64,000 bases of DNA from the human T2T-CHM13v2.0 reference genome, Homo sapiens: NCBI RefSeq assembly GCF_009914755.1, contig NC_060926.1; one strand, 5' to 3'. Below, one piece after another: positions 13,395 through 27,345 of this stretch. The position numbers were made by a program, and so were the translations under genes. The notes beneath the pieces were generated by a model. That model did no database searches. It saw only the letters and a list, made by a program, of their open reading frames with translations, and was not told the origin of the DNA. The number at the start of each line of letters is the position of its first letter. Position 1 is the first letter of the stretch.

Positions 13395-13697
13395 TTTCAG
13401 GCAGTATGAGCAAAAATGAGGATGTGGAAAGCTCTAGTGTGTTTCCTTTGGCTGAAGTCAGTAAAAGTTTTGGGGGAGTGTGCTGGGGATAATATTGGAA
13501 AAATTGGTTAAAGCTCAATTACGCAGATACCAGTGTAAGTATATCAGGCAAGAGAGAGTAGCTGAAGGTTTCTAAGCAAGGAAAATATGACAGAGCTTCA
13601 ATTTAGGAAGATTAATTTGATGAGCGTATGTAAGAGGGAATATATGGGACATGCTGGTGGGGGCAGTACACAGGGAAAAACAAAAATGGTCTGAAGC

Positions 13698-14000
<303 letters not shown>

Positions 14001-14661
14001 TTAGAATGATTGTTATGGTAATTGAAAGGTAGAGACAGGGAAAGGGACCAGGTGCCTTCTTATTAATATTAAAGAAAGATGTAAGCATATTGTTATGAAA
14101 AGTACATTTGCATTTGCAAAGCAGGGCACATGAATGCAAGGAACCAAATGAATCACCAATACAGTCATTAGTAAAACTAGATTTCACAATGTCACTGTCA
14201 AGTTTTAACTTCACAAACTGGAATTATGATTCTCAGGCTGCTGGAATGCAGCAAGTTGACACCTGGCCCAGTAAGAGTCTCTCTGAATCCTCCTATTTGA
14301 TGATCAACACAGGATTTATTACAGGACTGTTTGTCATCAGAGATGGCCATGTCTCAAGGGAAAAGCAGATGAGAATGATGTATACAAAAAGATTTGGAGG
14401 GAGAAAGAAATTCAAATTATTTCTTAAATAGGAAAAAGAAAACAACTCAAGTTAACATTATTGGAATTAATTCACAAAGTTAACAAACTTATGTTCTCTT
14501 TTGCAAAACTGCATAGAAAGAATGAATACAAATTGAGACCTTGCAAGAAGGTCTGATATCTTCAAAGGACAATCTGTCAATCCCAGTGTTCTTGGAGTCA
14601 CCCATTTTCCCTTCTAGAAGGAAAAGAAACCAGTGCCAGTGCTGTTCTGTTATCACCTATA

Positions 14662-16247
14662 TTGTGGTAGAGAGAGCATACCTCAAAGTTTGAAGCTTTG
14701 GCATGCTGACTACTTTGAATGAAAAGAAATTGGAAGGCCTTAGAAGCTGCCTTAGAATCAAAAAACTTTCTAATCTTCTCGTTTCCTCCCCCACCCCAAG
14801 CACAGGGAGGGGATCTCTCTGGAATTTTTTTAATCTAAGGAAATTTCTTTCCAAAAGAAATGCAATTGTCTTAAGACCCTCTCCCTAGTAATCTTGTCAA
14901 ATAACCAGGAAAAATTCACCACCAGAGAAGAGAAGAAACTATTAATAACAGTTGTCCACACACCCTGGCAGACTTTTCATTTATTTTTCTAAGAGAAGGT
15001 TTGAAAGATTATCTGGGAGACTTTATCTATATAATAAGACACCCTTTGTTCACAGTGCAGTTCTGCCCCCCACCTTCCCATAACTTGCCAGTCTCATTTA
15101 GTTTATTAGAAGAATCATTTCCAAGACAACATCTGCCTCTTGAGTCCATTCATTCTTTCTAAAAGTTATTTATTACCTTTTAAAATTGCCACATTTCCCT
15201 CTTTTCTCTCTCTTCTATTGTAATTACCCAATGGGTTCTTTTTGCCTGCTGCACAGACAGATAGAGTCAAATTTACTGAAGAAGCAATATTGCTGCAGAG
15301 AAAGAGTTTAATGGAGGGTCAGCCATGTGGAAGACAGAAGTTTATTATCCAAATCGGCTTCCCTGAAAATTCAGAGGCTAGGGTTTTTCAAGGATAGTTT
15401 GGTGGGTAGGGGTCTAGGGGGTAGGAAATGATGATTGGTTGGGTTGGGGATGGAATCATAGGAGGCTGAAGCTGTCTTCTTGTACTGAATCAATTCCTGG
15501 GTGGGATCAGAAGACCAAATAAGCCAGTTTCTTGGTATGGGTTACCAGTATGGGTGGCAAAAGCTGTTCCATCAGAATGCAGTGTCTGAAAAATACCTCA
15601 AACACCAATTTTAGGTTTTAAAATAGTGATGCTATCTACAGAAACAGTTGGGGAGGTTACAAATCTTGTGACCTCTGGCAACAATGGCTGATTATCCTTT
15701 AACTACACCCGTATTTTAGCAGAGTTCAGGCCATTCCCATAATCCTAGTCTTGTAGCCTTTCATTGGTTTTATAAAGGTGGTTTTGGTCCCCAAACAAGA
15801 AGGGGGCAGTTTTGGGAAGGGCTATTATCATCCTTGCTTTAAGGTTAAACTAAAAACTAAATCCCTCCCCAAGTTAGTTTGATCTACGCCCAGGAATGAA
15901 TAAGAACAGCTTGGAGGTTAGAAGCAAGATGCGGTCGGCTATGTCAGATTTCTCTGTCACAATATTATGAAGGCGGTGACAATATGAAGAGGGTATTTAA
16001 GCCTCAATAATCTGGCCCTTCTCTGAGTCTCATATTTGCAAGGCTTCTGTGTCCATGTACATCCACAAATTTGTATTTAAAATTATGCTACACTTTTTTT
16101 TTCTTTGATGCATGACAGGAAGCTGTTTTCAGTAAATGAAACCCAAACTACTCAGTCCAGGTTTTTTTCCCATTAATCTGCCTATTTTGAGTTCATTTTC
16201 AGCAAACCTTCAGAAGGCAGAGGAGAAGCTTTCCCTTGATCCCTACA
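14662..16247 (+). mobile_element. ERV1 solo LTR (MER34/MER39 group) split by LTR8
   Basis: CTTTGGCATGCTGACTACTTTGAA start shared with the 11595 LTR; resumes after 15981 with GAGGGTATTTAAGC; ends TTCCCTTGATCCCTACA. Confidence 0.75.
15219..15981 (-). mobile_element. LTR8-family solo LTR nested in another LTR
   Basis: GCCCAGGAATGAATAAGAACAGCTTGGAGGTTAGAAGCAAGATG is the reverse complement of the LTR8 5' part; TG...CA ends; 4-bp TSD CTAT/ATAT. Confidence 0.85.
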
Positions 16248-18044
16248 TCTGCAGTAAACACCCATGGCCCCTCCTTTGTACAACTCCAAACTTGGCTTTG
16301 AATCAGACAGCTCCCCAGGCAGAATACTCTCCATCAACAGCAGAAAGAACTTCAAGAGAATATTGGAGGTGGGTGGGGAGGGTGAAAGGAGAGCCTTAAA
16401 GCGATATAAATGTAATTATGAAAATAGTTATATTAAAAAGATCAACAGAAACTAGTAAGTGGTCTGAATATTCTAGTGTACATTTCACACCGTTTTCTAG
16501 AAGCTAGAAATTAGTCTTCAGGGACATAAACCAGAGTAGTTTCCTAGAAGGTTCCAAATGATTATTGGCGGTTGTGATCACAGTCTGTAAACACTGGGAG
16601 ATTGTCCTCCTCATGAGCATCTTGGCCTGAAGATTTGAAACATTTTCTTAGACTAAAAAGTTCCCTGCCCCCCACCTGCACTGACTAGTTGTGAATTTCA
16701 TTTAGTGAACAGCTTTCTTTCATACATCAAAGAAAAACATGGTAGCATAATTTTAAATATGATTGCCTTTTCATTTAGCCTACATAGCTAAAAATAGCCA
16801 ACTTTAAAAAACAAACATGTTTTTCCTATCACTGTTTTCAGCCTTCAAATTTGCAGCAACACTATAAACTCATCCCAAATGCAGAGATCTCAAAGAATTA
16901 TGCCTTTTTAAAGGAATAATAATACCCACTTTCAATACTGAACATATTGGAAATCACATATAATGATTGATGGAGGAAAATTTGTGCTTGTAGCCTAAAG
17001 GGTAAAATTTTCCACAGTCTTCCCAATTCTACTGTTTCCATTCAAAGAAACTCACTGCAAACTGGTATATTCATTATTCTCTACTGAGTACACTTAGCCA
17101 CCGATTACATGAAAATGTGTTATAAAAAATAATTGCTTTTCATCCTCATTAACCAACTATTAGGAAGAAGGATGGAAAATCATTCAGCATTTCATTAATT
17201 CTAAAACAGTATTTCTAATGAATCCTCTTATGGAGTTATGTGTAGAAAAGCATTTCCCTCCCTGTTTGCTAGTGAATTAGGCAACACTTGAACATAAAGA
17301 TAGATATTCCCATTACGAACACATTACAGCATTCCCTATGGGATACGGAGACTCTTCAGCATCTCGGGGAAAAATGAAATCTCACTTTCCCACTGTTTGT
17401 TCTCACAGGCTTTGTAGCAAGTCTAACTGAACCTAGCCGACCCTCCTACACGAAATTTACTACTTATTCCTTTTTGAGTCATCGCAAGGAAGCTGCCCCA
17501 TCGTTTTAGATTACGTGTGTCATAAAGCTTGAAAGGAAAAGGAAGTGCTCCCAGACATCTCCATAAACCCACAGGGAATGCGCCAAAGAACAAAAGGCTC
17601 GCACCTGTGTTTTAGTTCTCTCCTTTCCCTCTGGTGGATGCAGGGAAGGATCTGTCTTCTCCACCCTACTCCTCATCTGTTGCTACAGCTGAGCCTCACT
17701 CATTTCCTGAAATGAACATTCATCTGGGTGCTACCTAATTGACTTTCACACCGTTTCACACTATCCACCTTTGGTTCAGGGCTGGTAAATCACGGCTGCA
17801 TTTCTGTCGGAAGTGTCTTGTTATCCTTATCGATAACTTGGGAGTATATTAAAAATATGGAGCTTCAGCAGGTCTGAAGGGACCAGGGCTATAGTTTGAG
17901 TTCCTCAGCTGCCTTTTAAATCCAGTAGCGGTAAATCAAATCTACTCAGATCAATAAAATTTAGTCGTTACCAGTTATGTGCAAGACACAGAGGAGTTAG
18001 TGCAGGATAAATGGCCAAATGGCTCATAGAAAAGGAACCATCCA

Positions 18045-18321
18045 GCTAGGCGCAGTAGCTTATGTCTATAATCCCAGCACTTTGGGAGGCTAAGGTGGGA
18101 GAATCGCTTGAACTCAGGAGTTTCAGACTAACATAGTAAGAGCCTGTCTCCACAAAAATAAAAAAAATAGCTGGGTGTGGTGGCACATGCCTGTAGTCCC
18201 AGCTACTTGGGAGGCTGAGGTGAGAGGATTGCTAAAGCCCAGGAAGTTGAGGCTGCAGTGAGTGTGTCCCTGCACCCCAGCCTGGCTGATAATGTGAAAC
18301 CTTGTCTCAAAAAAAAAAAAA
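18045..18321 (+). mobile_element. Alu (AluJ-type)
   Basis: Diverged sense dimer with an A-tail. Confidence 0.96.
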
Positions 18322-18534
18322 AGGGTAGGGGGACGCATCTGTGTCCAAAGCTGGGAAAGGGATTTCTAACAGGAAATTCTGCAGTGGCTGTATGAATAAG
18401 GTAGCAAACGACTTGGGGCTTGGAGGCCACACAGGATCTGAATGGGCAGAAAGGGAGAGTAATCCCTGGCAGGCGGAGATAATATGAGAAGAAATTCAGC
18501 TGGCAGTAAGAGAAGTGTTTGGGGACGACTATTA

Positions 18535-18965
<431 letters not shown>

Positions 18966-19435
18966 GCAAGAATGTAGCATTTCTAGGAAGATGAGACTGA
19001 GAAGATGAATGGAGCCTCCTCATGGTGAATAGCTCTGAAAGTCATGCTAAAGAGTTTTGGTTTTACTGTTTAGGCTGTGAAAACTGCGAATGGATTTTAA
19101 AGAAAGTGGGGTAGATTTGAGAAATGAGAGAGGTGTTTTAGGGAGGACACTCTGACCCTGGTGCTGAGAATAACCTGGAAAAGGATAAGATTCAAAGGAG
19201 ATTTTGTAGTGGGCAAGACCCAAGATTTTAGATCCTTAACATGGATGTGGAAAAAGGACTAGCCAAAGAAAAAAAATGGTGCAAAACCCCACTTGTTTTA
19301 TTCTCCTTTAAACTAAAATAAATTTAAACAAATATCTATACAGGATTTGACAAAACAACTAGCAAAGCCTCTAAACTAGTGGCTATCAAAATTTAGGGCA
19401 AGAAGCTTACTAGAGAAGCTTGTTAAAAATATACA

Positions 19436-20058
19436 ATGTCTTCTAGGTTTATACCCAAAATAAATGAAAAGGATGCTAACAGATATTTGTACACCCATTT
19501 TCGCAGCAGCATTATTCACAATAGCCAACATATGGAGATAACCTGAATGTCCACTGATGGATGAATGGATAAACACAACGTGGTATATACATATAATGGA
19601 ATATTATTCAGCCTTACAAAGGAAGAAAAATTTGACACATGCTACAGTTTGGATGAGCCTTGAAAACATTATGTTAAGTGAAATAAGCCAGACACAAAAG
19701 AACAAATAGTGTATGAGTGGCATGGTGGCTCACGCCTGTAATCCCAAAACTTTGGGAGTCTGAGGTGGGAGGATCACTTGAGCTTAGGAGTTTGAGACCA
19801 GCTGGGACAATATAGTGAGACCTCATCTCTACAAAACAAAAATTAAAAACTAGCTGAGCATGGTGGTGCACACCTGTAGTCCCAGCTACTAGGGAGGCTG
19901 AGGTGGGAGGATCCCTTGAGCCTAGTGGATAGAGATAGCAGTGAGATGAGATCGCACCACTGCCACTCTAGCCTGGCTGACAGAGCAAGACTCTATCTCA
20001 AGAAAAAAAAAAATGGTAAATTTTTTGTTATATATACTTTACCACAATAAAAAGAAAA
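19436..20058 (+). mobile_element. L1MB-type 3' end, partly deleted, with an Alu inside
   Basis: GCAGCATTATTCACAATAGCCAA...GATGAATGGATAAAC...TACCACAATAAAAA. Confidence 0.88.
19717..20012 (+). mobile_element. Alu (AluJ-type), lacking its first few bases
   Basis: Sense dimer with an A-tail; no TSD. Confidence 0.95.
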
Positions 20059-21025
20059 GCAAATTCTTGAAGCAGCCCTCCAGCTAGAGAATGCAATTCA
20101 GTTGGTCTACGTGGGGTCCAGGGATCTGCACTTTAATATCTAGCCCAGGGCATTCCAAAGATGTTAGAGGACAAACAACTCTATCTCAGCTCTAGGGAAA
20201 AATAGCCCTCTGAAGTAAAGTCTTTCGTGAGACAGGAAGTAAGATTTTGCTTAATAGGAGAGTTTTCCAGGTACCACTTAGATCAGTACCTACCCAAGAC
20301 CATATGTTCATGACATTGCTGTAACTGCAAGAAAGCCTAACAGAAGCCCTCATCTGGGGCTCTGTACACTCTTTAAAGACAGCTACATGAGAGAGTCTAC
20401 TCTCCTGCAATTCTTGCATTGGATGTTTTCTGTAATAATTACTAGAAGCAGAAGTAGAAAGAGCAACTTAAACACAGAAAGTGAACTTTGTGTAGTTGAA
20501 GCAGAATGCCTGAATTTTATGACTTGAACTTTGTACAATTATTGACTGACTGAGAGCTCTCTACAATAAGTATTAGTTAATGGGAAGCAGGAAATAGTCC
20601 TGCAGAAAACGAAAGAGACTAGAGATGAGGATAATGGGGGTTGAAGAGGCGGAAGCAGGATAACAAATGTGAACAAGGGTCTGCATTAGGACCTTAAGTG
20701 GAGATATCATGTCAGCTGCTCTCTGATGGTTTAACCTTGGAGACCGCAGAGGTTATTCCTCCAGAGCTTAAACTTGTGTATTACATAATTCTAGTATATT
20801 TATTTCTGTGAACTCTTTTGGAACTGAGAATTATAAGATCAAGTATATGTGACTCTCTAGTCACTCCAAGTAGAAATTTAGGGAGCATGACTCCAACCTC
20901 TAATGAAACCAGAAAGGTAGGAATAAAAAAAAAAAGTCACTTAATATGCAAATTATTGATACATGGCAATAAAACAAAATGAGTTTTAAGGTATTTTTAA
21001 AACTAGGAATGTGATATAGAGGTGG

Positions 21026-21538
21026 TGGGATAGTAAATTTTATGTGTCAACTGGGCTGGACCATGGGGTACCCAGATATTTGGTCAAACATTCTTCTGAG
21101 TATTTCTGTGAGGGTTTTTGGATGAACTTAACATTTACATTGGTGGACTTTGATTAGAACAGATTGTGGGTGGGCTTTATCCAGTAAGTTGAAGTCCTGA
21201 GTGGAACCAAAAAATGGCCTCCCTGAGCAAGCGGGGATTTTCCTTTGGACTTCATCTACAACCAGCTCTTCCTGGTTCTACAGGAAGTAGATCAGACTTC
21301 ATCTACATCAGCTCTTCCTGGTTCTACAGCAGCCTACCGGCCTTTGGATTCGAACTGGACACAGGTTCTCCTGGATCTCCAACCTGCCAGCCACTTTGCA
21401 GATATTGGACTTGCCAGTCTCCATAACCACATGACCCAATTCCTTATAATAAATCCCTTTCTCTCTCTTCATACATATATATATACACATATATACATGC
21501 TATTGGCTTTGTTTCTCTGGAGTATCCTGACTAATATA
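21026..21538 (+). mobile_element. ERVL solo LTR (MLT2B-like)
   Basis: AATTTTATGTGTCAACTGGGCTGG...GTTTCTCTGGAGTATCCTGACTAATATA; 5-bp TSD GGTGG at 21021-21025 and 21539-21543. Confidence 0.9.
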
Positions 21539-23648
21539 GGTGGTAGATGAGATCTTTAAGTGTTTAAGTAAGGGGAGGAAAAACATGATCATAGTGATTT
21601 TCAAACAGGTCACAGATTTGTTGACATTCTTATCAAAAGGTGACAAGTATGTCATCACCTGTTGAATCTTGGTGGGCTTGTGACTGCTTGGATCAAAAAG
21701 TATGACAGAAGTGGGACTGTGAAACTTCTGAGGCTATATCATAAAAGTCATGCAGCTTTCACCTTGTTCAATGAACACATACTCTTGGAGCCCTGAGGGG
21801 CCATGTATAAATGCTGAATACAGTGCTTTTTCTGGAGGGGCTCAAAGATGGCTGACTAGAGACATTTTGTACTCACCTCTTCTACTAAGAAGAACCAAAA
21901 TTGTGAGATTATTACACTTGGAATAGATCATCCAAGAGAGAACACTAGAATTCAATGGAAAAGTGACAGGAACTACCTAAAGCAAGAAAGGAGAAGAAAG
22001 TGAAGCAATCTGCTGAACTGGAATTGGCTAGAAGCTGAGAGAGACTCCTCAATGTGGAGAAAGGGTAAATGAGAGATTCTCAGTGGTCTACATTTCTGCT
22101 TTGGACTTTTGCAATCCTAGCCATGGGAAATCCCCTAGACTCTTGTAAGCCCTGAAACTAACATATGGAGCTGCCAGGAGATTGTATGATGGCATTGCTC
22201 CTGGCTCCTGGGTCAGGGTGGGGTGCTTGCATTGGGTCCCACACACTCTCTGAGACATAAGCAGCTCCAGCAAGGTGTCATTTTAGAGCCCTACCTCCAG
22301 TGGGCTGTGTACTATCCAGGGGCCCAACAGCGCTAGATCTGAGGAACAAGTGAAGCATGGGCTGCTGCCCCCAAGGCCTAGGCATAAGCAACTGCAAGCT
22401 ACAACACCCACAACTGAGATGTGAGTGAGGCACTGGCTTCTGCAGCAAGTGTTGAGGTGCAGGCACTGCTGGCATGAATGGTGTGTGCATTCTCCACCTG
22501 CTGGCCTACGCTACTCACCACTGAAGGCAGCACTACCCTCCCCAGTGGCAGGGCAGCAGTGCAGTCATTTGTGGTCCATACCAGACCATTCTGCCAGTAG
22601 CCTGGGCATTGCTCTGCCCCAGCCTACCATGGCTGGTGCCTGCACACACAATCAGAGAGCCTGAGGACAAGCCCATCTGGCTGAGCTTAGATCCCCCAAC
22701 ACACTGTGCCAGAGCACACAATCCAGGGACCAGGGTGTTGTCCACGCCAGTCCACATAACTGGAACAAGAACACTCCTCACTAAACCCCAAGTTTGGACC
22801 TACTCACTGAGCCACTAACACTATAGCTGGCACCTGCCTGCATGTGCTACCTGTGGGCCCAAAGACTGGTCTGCCCAGCCCATCTCAGCCACTGACAACA
22901 CTATCACACACAGCTTGGGACCCAGTGGTCATCATACCACTGCTACTGTCATTGTCACACCATCCTGGCTGCCAAAGGGCTAAAGAACCACCCCCACCTG
23001 CCTGGTCCACTGCTACCACTACCAGCATCCAAGTAAGCCACATGGAGGCCAAAAATTGGGCTGCCTTGGTCCACTAATATAAGTGCCAGTATATGCAGCC
23101 CTGGGATCCAGGAACAGGTGCATTCAACCCACCACTGCCACCCCTGGGGCTCAAAGACTGGCCTACCTGCTGTCCCAGGCCCCAGCAAAACTTTACCACA
23201 GTCTCCAGTAATAACTGCACCCTAAGCCATGGAGGAAATTATAGATACTACTAATACTGTTTACAGCTGAAGAAATCATACAGAGACTAAACTACTGCAC
23301 ACACCAAGAATCAAAGACAGTGTGTTACCCAACCAACATCATGGATACATCTTCAGGAAAAAGTCCTCCCCCATGAAAGCAAATTCAAAAAAATTGGAAG
23401 AAGCAACTGTTACACCAAATGTGCAGATATCAATATAAGGACACAGGAACCAAAAAGCAAGAAAATATGACACTTCCAAAGGAACACAATAATTCTTTAG
23501 CAACAGATCCCAATCAAAAAGAAATTAATAAATCCCAGAAAAAGAATTCAAATGATTGATTCTAAAGTAGGTCAGTGATATACAAGAGAATTCTGAAAAA
23601 CAATACAAAGAAATCAGAAAAAGAGTTCAGGATATAAATGAGAAATTA

Positions 23649-24000
<352 letters not shown>

Positions 24001-24130
24001 ACCTAATTTTGCAACTGTGAAATTCATTGAATAAAATACAAAATATGTTTGAAAGTTTTGACAATAGACCAGATCAAGCAGAAGAATCTCAGAACTTAAA
24101 GAGAAGTCTTTTTAAATGACCCAGTTAGAC

Positions 24131-24160
24131 AAATAAATAAATAAATAAATAAATAAATAA
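24131..24160 (+). repeat. (TAAA)n microsatellite in L1
   Basis: About 7 copies of AAAT. Confidence 0.9.
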
Positions 24161-25515
24161 GCAAAGCCTCATGACATATTGGACACAATAAAGCAACCAA
24201 ATATTCTAATCATCAGGGTTCTCCAGAATTTGAAGAGAGAATGAAAGGCTAGAAAACCTACCTAATTAAATGAAAAGTTCCTAAGCCTAGCAAAAGATTT
24301 ATATATCCAGATCAGAAGGCTCTGAGATCCCTAAACAGATACAATGCAAAAAGTAATCTCCACAGCACATTATAGTCAAACTGTTTAAAGTCAATCACAA
24401 AGAGAACATCTCAAAAAATGGCAGGAGAAAAAAGCATCTAGTCACCCATAAAGGAATCCCCATCAGACTTAACAGTGGATTTCTCAGCAGAAACTGTACA
24501 GGCCAGGAGAGAATAGGGTAATATATTCAAAGTACTGAAAGAAACTGTCAGCCAAAGATACTATATCCAGCAAATTTATCTTTCATAAATGAAGGAGAAA
24601 TACAGTCTTTCTCAGACAAGCAAAAGCTGAGGAAATTCATTGCCACCAGACTGGCCCTAAAAGAAATGCTCAAGGACAGTGCTAAACCTGTAAGTGAAAG
24701 ACTGATATTTACCATCATGAAAAAAGCATGAAAGTATAAAACTCACTGGTAAAGCAAACACACATATGAGGAAGATAATGGACTCAAATGGTACCACTAC
24801 AGAAAACCACTAAATCACAATGGCAATAAGAGAAAAAGAAAGTAACAGAGAATATATAAAGCAACCAGAAAATAATTAACAATATGACAGGAAAAAAACC
24901 TCATATCTCAATAATAACCATAAATATAAATGGATTAAATTCCTCACTTAAAAGATATAGACAGCTGAGTGGATTTTTTTAAAGATGTAACTATATGCTG
25001 CCTACAAGAAACACACTTGTAAAGACACATACAGACTGAAAGTAAAGGGATGGAAAAAGATATTCTGTGCAAATGGAAACCAAAAGTAAGCAGGAGTAGC
25101 TATACTTATACCAGAGAAAACAGACTTTAAGTCAAGAAGGTTTAAAAAAACAGACAAAGAAGCTTATTGTATAATGATCAAGGGATCAATCCAGAGGATA
25201 TAACAATTCTAAATAAATACATACTCAACACTGGAGTACCCAGATTCATACCCCACTCTCAGCAATAAACGGTTCATCTAGACAGAAAGCAAAGAAATAT
25301 TGAATTTAAACTAGACTTGAGGCAAAATGGACCTAACAGACATTTACAGAACATCCTATTTAACAACCACAGAATATATATTCTTTTCATCAGCACGTGA
25401 AATATTCATCAGGAAAGACTATATGTTAGGCCAAAAAATACGTCTCAACAAATTTTTAAAAATTGAAATCATATCCAGTGTCTTTTCAGACCACAACAGA
25501 ATAAAAGCAAAACTT

Positions 25516-25801
25516 GGCCGGGTGCGGTGGCTCACGCCTGTAATCCCAGTACTTTGGGAGGCTGAGGCGGGCAGATCACGACGTGGTCAGCAGATCGAGA
25601 CCATCCTGGCTAACATGGTGAAACCCCGTCTCTACTAAGAAAAATACAAAAAGCCGGGCGTGGTGGTGGGCGCCTGTAGTCCCAGCTACTCAGGAGACTG
25701 AGGCAGGAGAATGGTGTGAACCCAGGAGGCAGAGCTTGCAGTGAGCCGAGATCGCGGCGACAGAGCAAGGCCCCGTCTCAAAAACAAAACAAAACAAAAA
25801 A
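25516..25801 (+). mobile_element. Alu (AluY-like) with a small deletion in the right arm
   Basis: ACCATCCTGGCTAAC and GAGCTTGCAG diagnostics; CpG-rich. Confidence 0.95.
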
Positions 25802-26008
25802 CTAAAACTCAATAATACCATGAAGAACTCTAGAAATTATACAAACACATGGAAATTAAATAACATGTTCCTGAATGACCATTGGGTTGATGAAGATACT
25901 AAGATGGAAATTAAAAAAAGTATTGAAACAAATGAAAATGTTTGGTATGAAACACTACATACCCAAATCTGTGGGATGCAGTAAAAGCAGTGCTAAGAAG
26001 GAAGTTTA

Positions 26009-26310
26009 GGCCAGGCACGGTGGCTCATGCCTGTAATCCCAGCACTTTGGGAGTCCAAGGCAGGCGGATCACGAGGTCAGGCATTCGAGACCAGCCTGGC
26101 CAATATGGTGAAGCCCTGTCTCTGCTAAAAATACAAAAATTAGCTGGGCATGGTGACACACACCTATAGTCTCAGCTACTCAGGAGGCTGAGGCAGGAGA
26201 ATCACCTGAAGTCAGGAGGCGGAGGTTGCAGTGAGCCGAGATTGCACCGTTACACTCCAGCCTGGGCCACAGAGCCAGACTCTGTCTCAAAAAAAAAATA
26301 AATAAATAAA
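26009..26310 (+). mobile_element. Alu (AluS-type)
   Basis: Sense dimer; TSD AAGTTTA. Confidence 0.96.
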
Positions 26311-26504
26311 AGTTTATAGCAATAAACACCTACATCAAAAAAGTAGAAAGATCACAAGTTAATAACCTAATAATACAGCTTAAAGAACTAGAAAAGCAAG
26401 AACAAACCAAACTCTAAATTAGCAGAAGAAAGAAAATAATAAAGATCACAGCAAAACTAAATAAGAGACTAAAAAAACAATCAAATGATCAATGAAATGA
26501 AAAG

Positions 26505-26867
26505 GTGATTATTCAAAAAGATAAAATTGATAAACCAGTAGCCAGGTTAACCAAGAAAAGAAGAAAGAAGATCCAAATAAGCAAAATCAGAAATGAAAAA
26601 GGAGACATTACAACTGATATCACAAGGATACAAAGGATCATTGGAGACAATTATGAACATCTATATGCTAACAAACTGGAAAACCTAGAGGAAATTGATA
26701 AATTCCTGGAAACATGCAAGCCACTAAGACTGAATCAGGAAGAAATAGAAAACCTGAACATACAAATAATGAGTAGTGAGCTTGAATCAGTAATAAAAAG
26801 TCTCCCAACAAAGAAAAGCCCAGGACCAAATGGATTCATAGTTGAATTCTATCAAACATATAAATAA
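26505..26867 (+). pseudogene. Degenerate L1 ORF2p fragment (region preceding RT)
   Basis: KIDKPVARL...[11 protein letters not shown]...[17 protein letters not shown]...KKSPGPNGF matches L1 ORF2p. Confidence 0.92.
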
Positions 26868-27067
26868 CCAATACTAATCTTCCTGATACTATTCCAAAAA
26901 ATTAAAGCAGAGGGAATTCTCCCTAACTTATTCTATGAGGTCAGTATCACTGTGATGCCAAAATGAGAAAAGGTCACAACAAAAAAAGAAAACTACAAAC
27001 TAATATCCCTGATGAACATAGATTCAAAAATCCTCAACAAAATACTAGCAAACTAAATCTTAAAACA

Positions 27068-27345
27068 GACCAGGTGTTGTAGCTCACACCTGTAATTCCA
27101 ACCCTTTGGGAGGGTTGGCTTGAGTCCAGGAGTTCAAGATTGGCCTGGGCAACCTAGTGAGACCCCCATCTCTACTAAAAGTAAAACAATTAGCCGAGTG
27201 TGGTGGTGCATGCCTGTAGTCCTAGCTACTTTGGAGACTGAGGCAGGAGGATTGCTTGAGGCCAGGAATTTGAGGTTTCAGTGAAGTATATGACACCACT
27301 GCACTCCAGCCTGGGTGACAGCAAGAACATTTCTTTAAAAAATGA
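27068..27345 (+). mobile_element. Alu (AluJ-type) at the L1 deletion junction
   Basis: Sense dimer with a small left-arm deletion; no TSD. Confidence 0.93.

Larger units (their letters stand above)
19376..20190. mobile_element. MER5-like relic (19376-19435 and 20060-20190) interrupted by L1MB
   Basis: GAGAAGCTTGTTAAAAATATACA on the left; TCAGTTGGTCTACGTGGGGTCCAGGGATCTGCACTTTAA on the right. Confidence 0.5.

Noticed and set aside
14106-14113. Octamer ATTTGCAT
   Set aside because: A single 8-mer is expected by chance in 64 kb, and there is no clear supporting partner motif.
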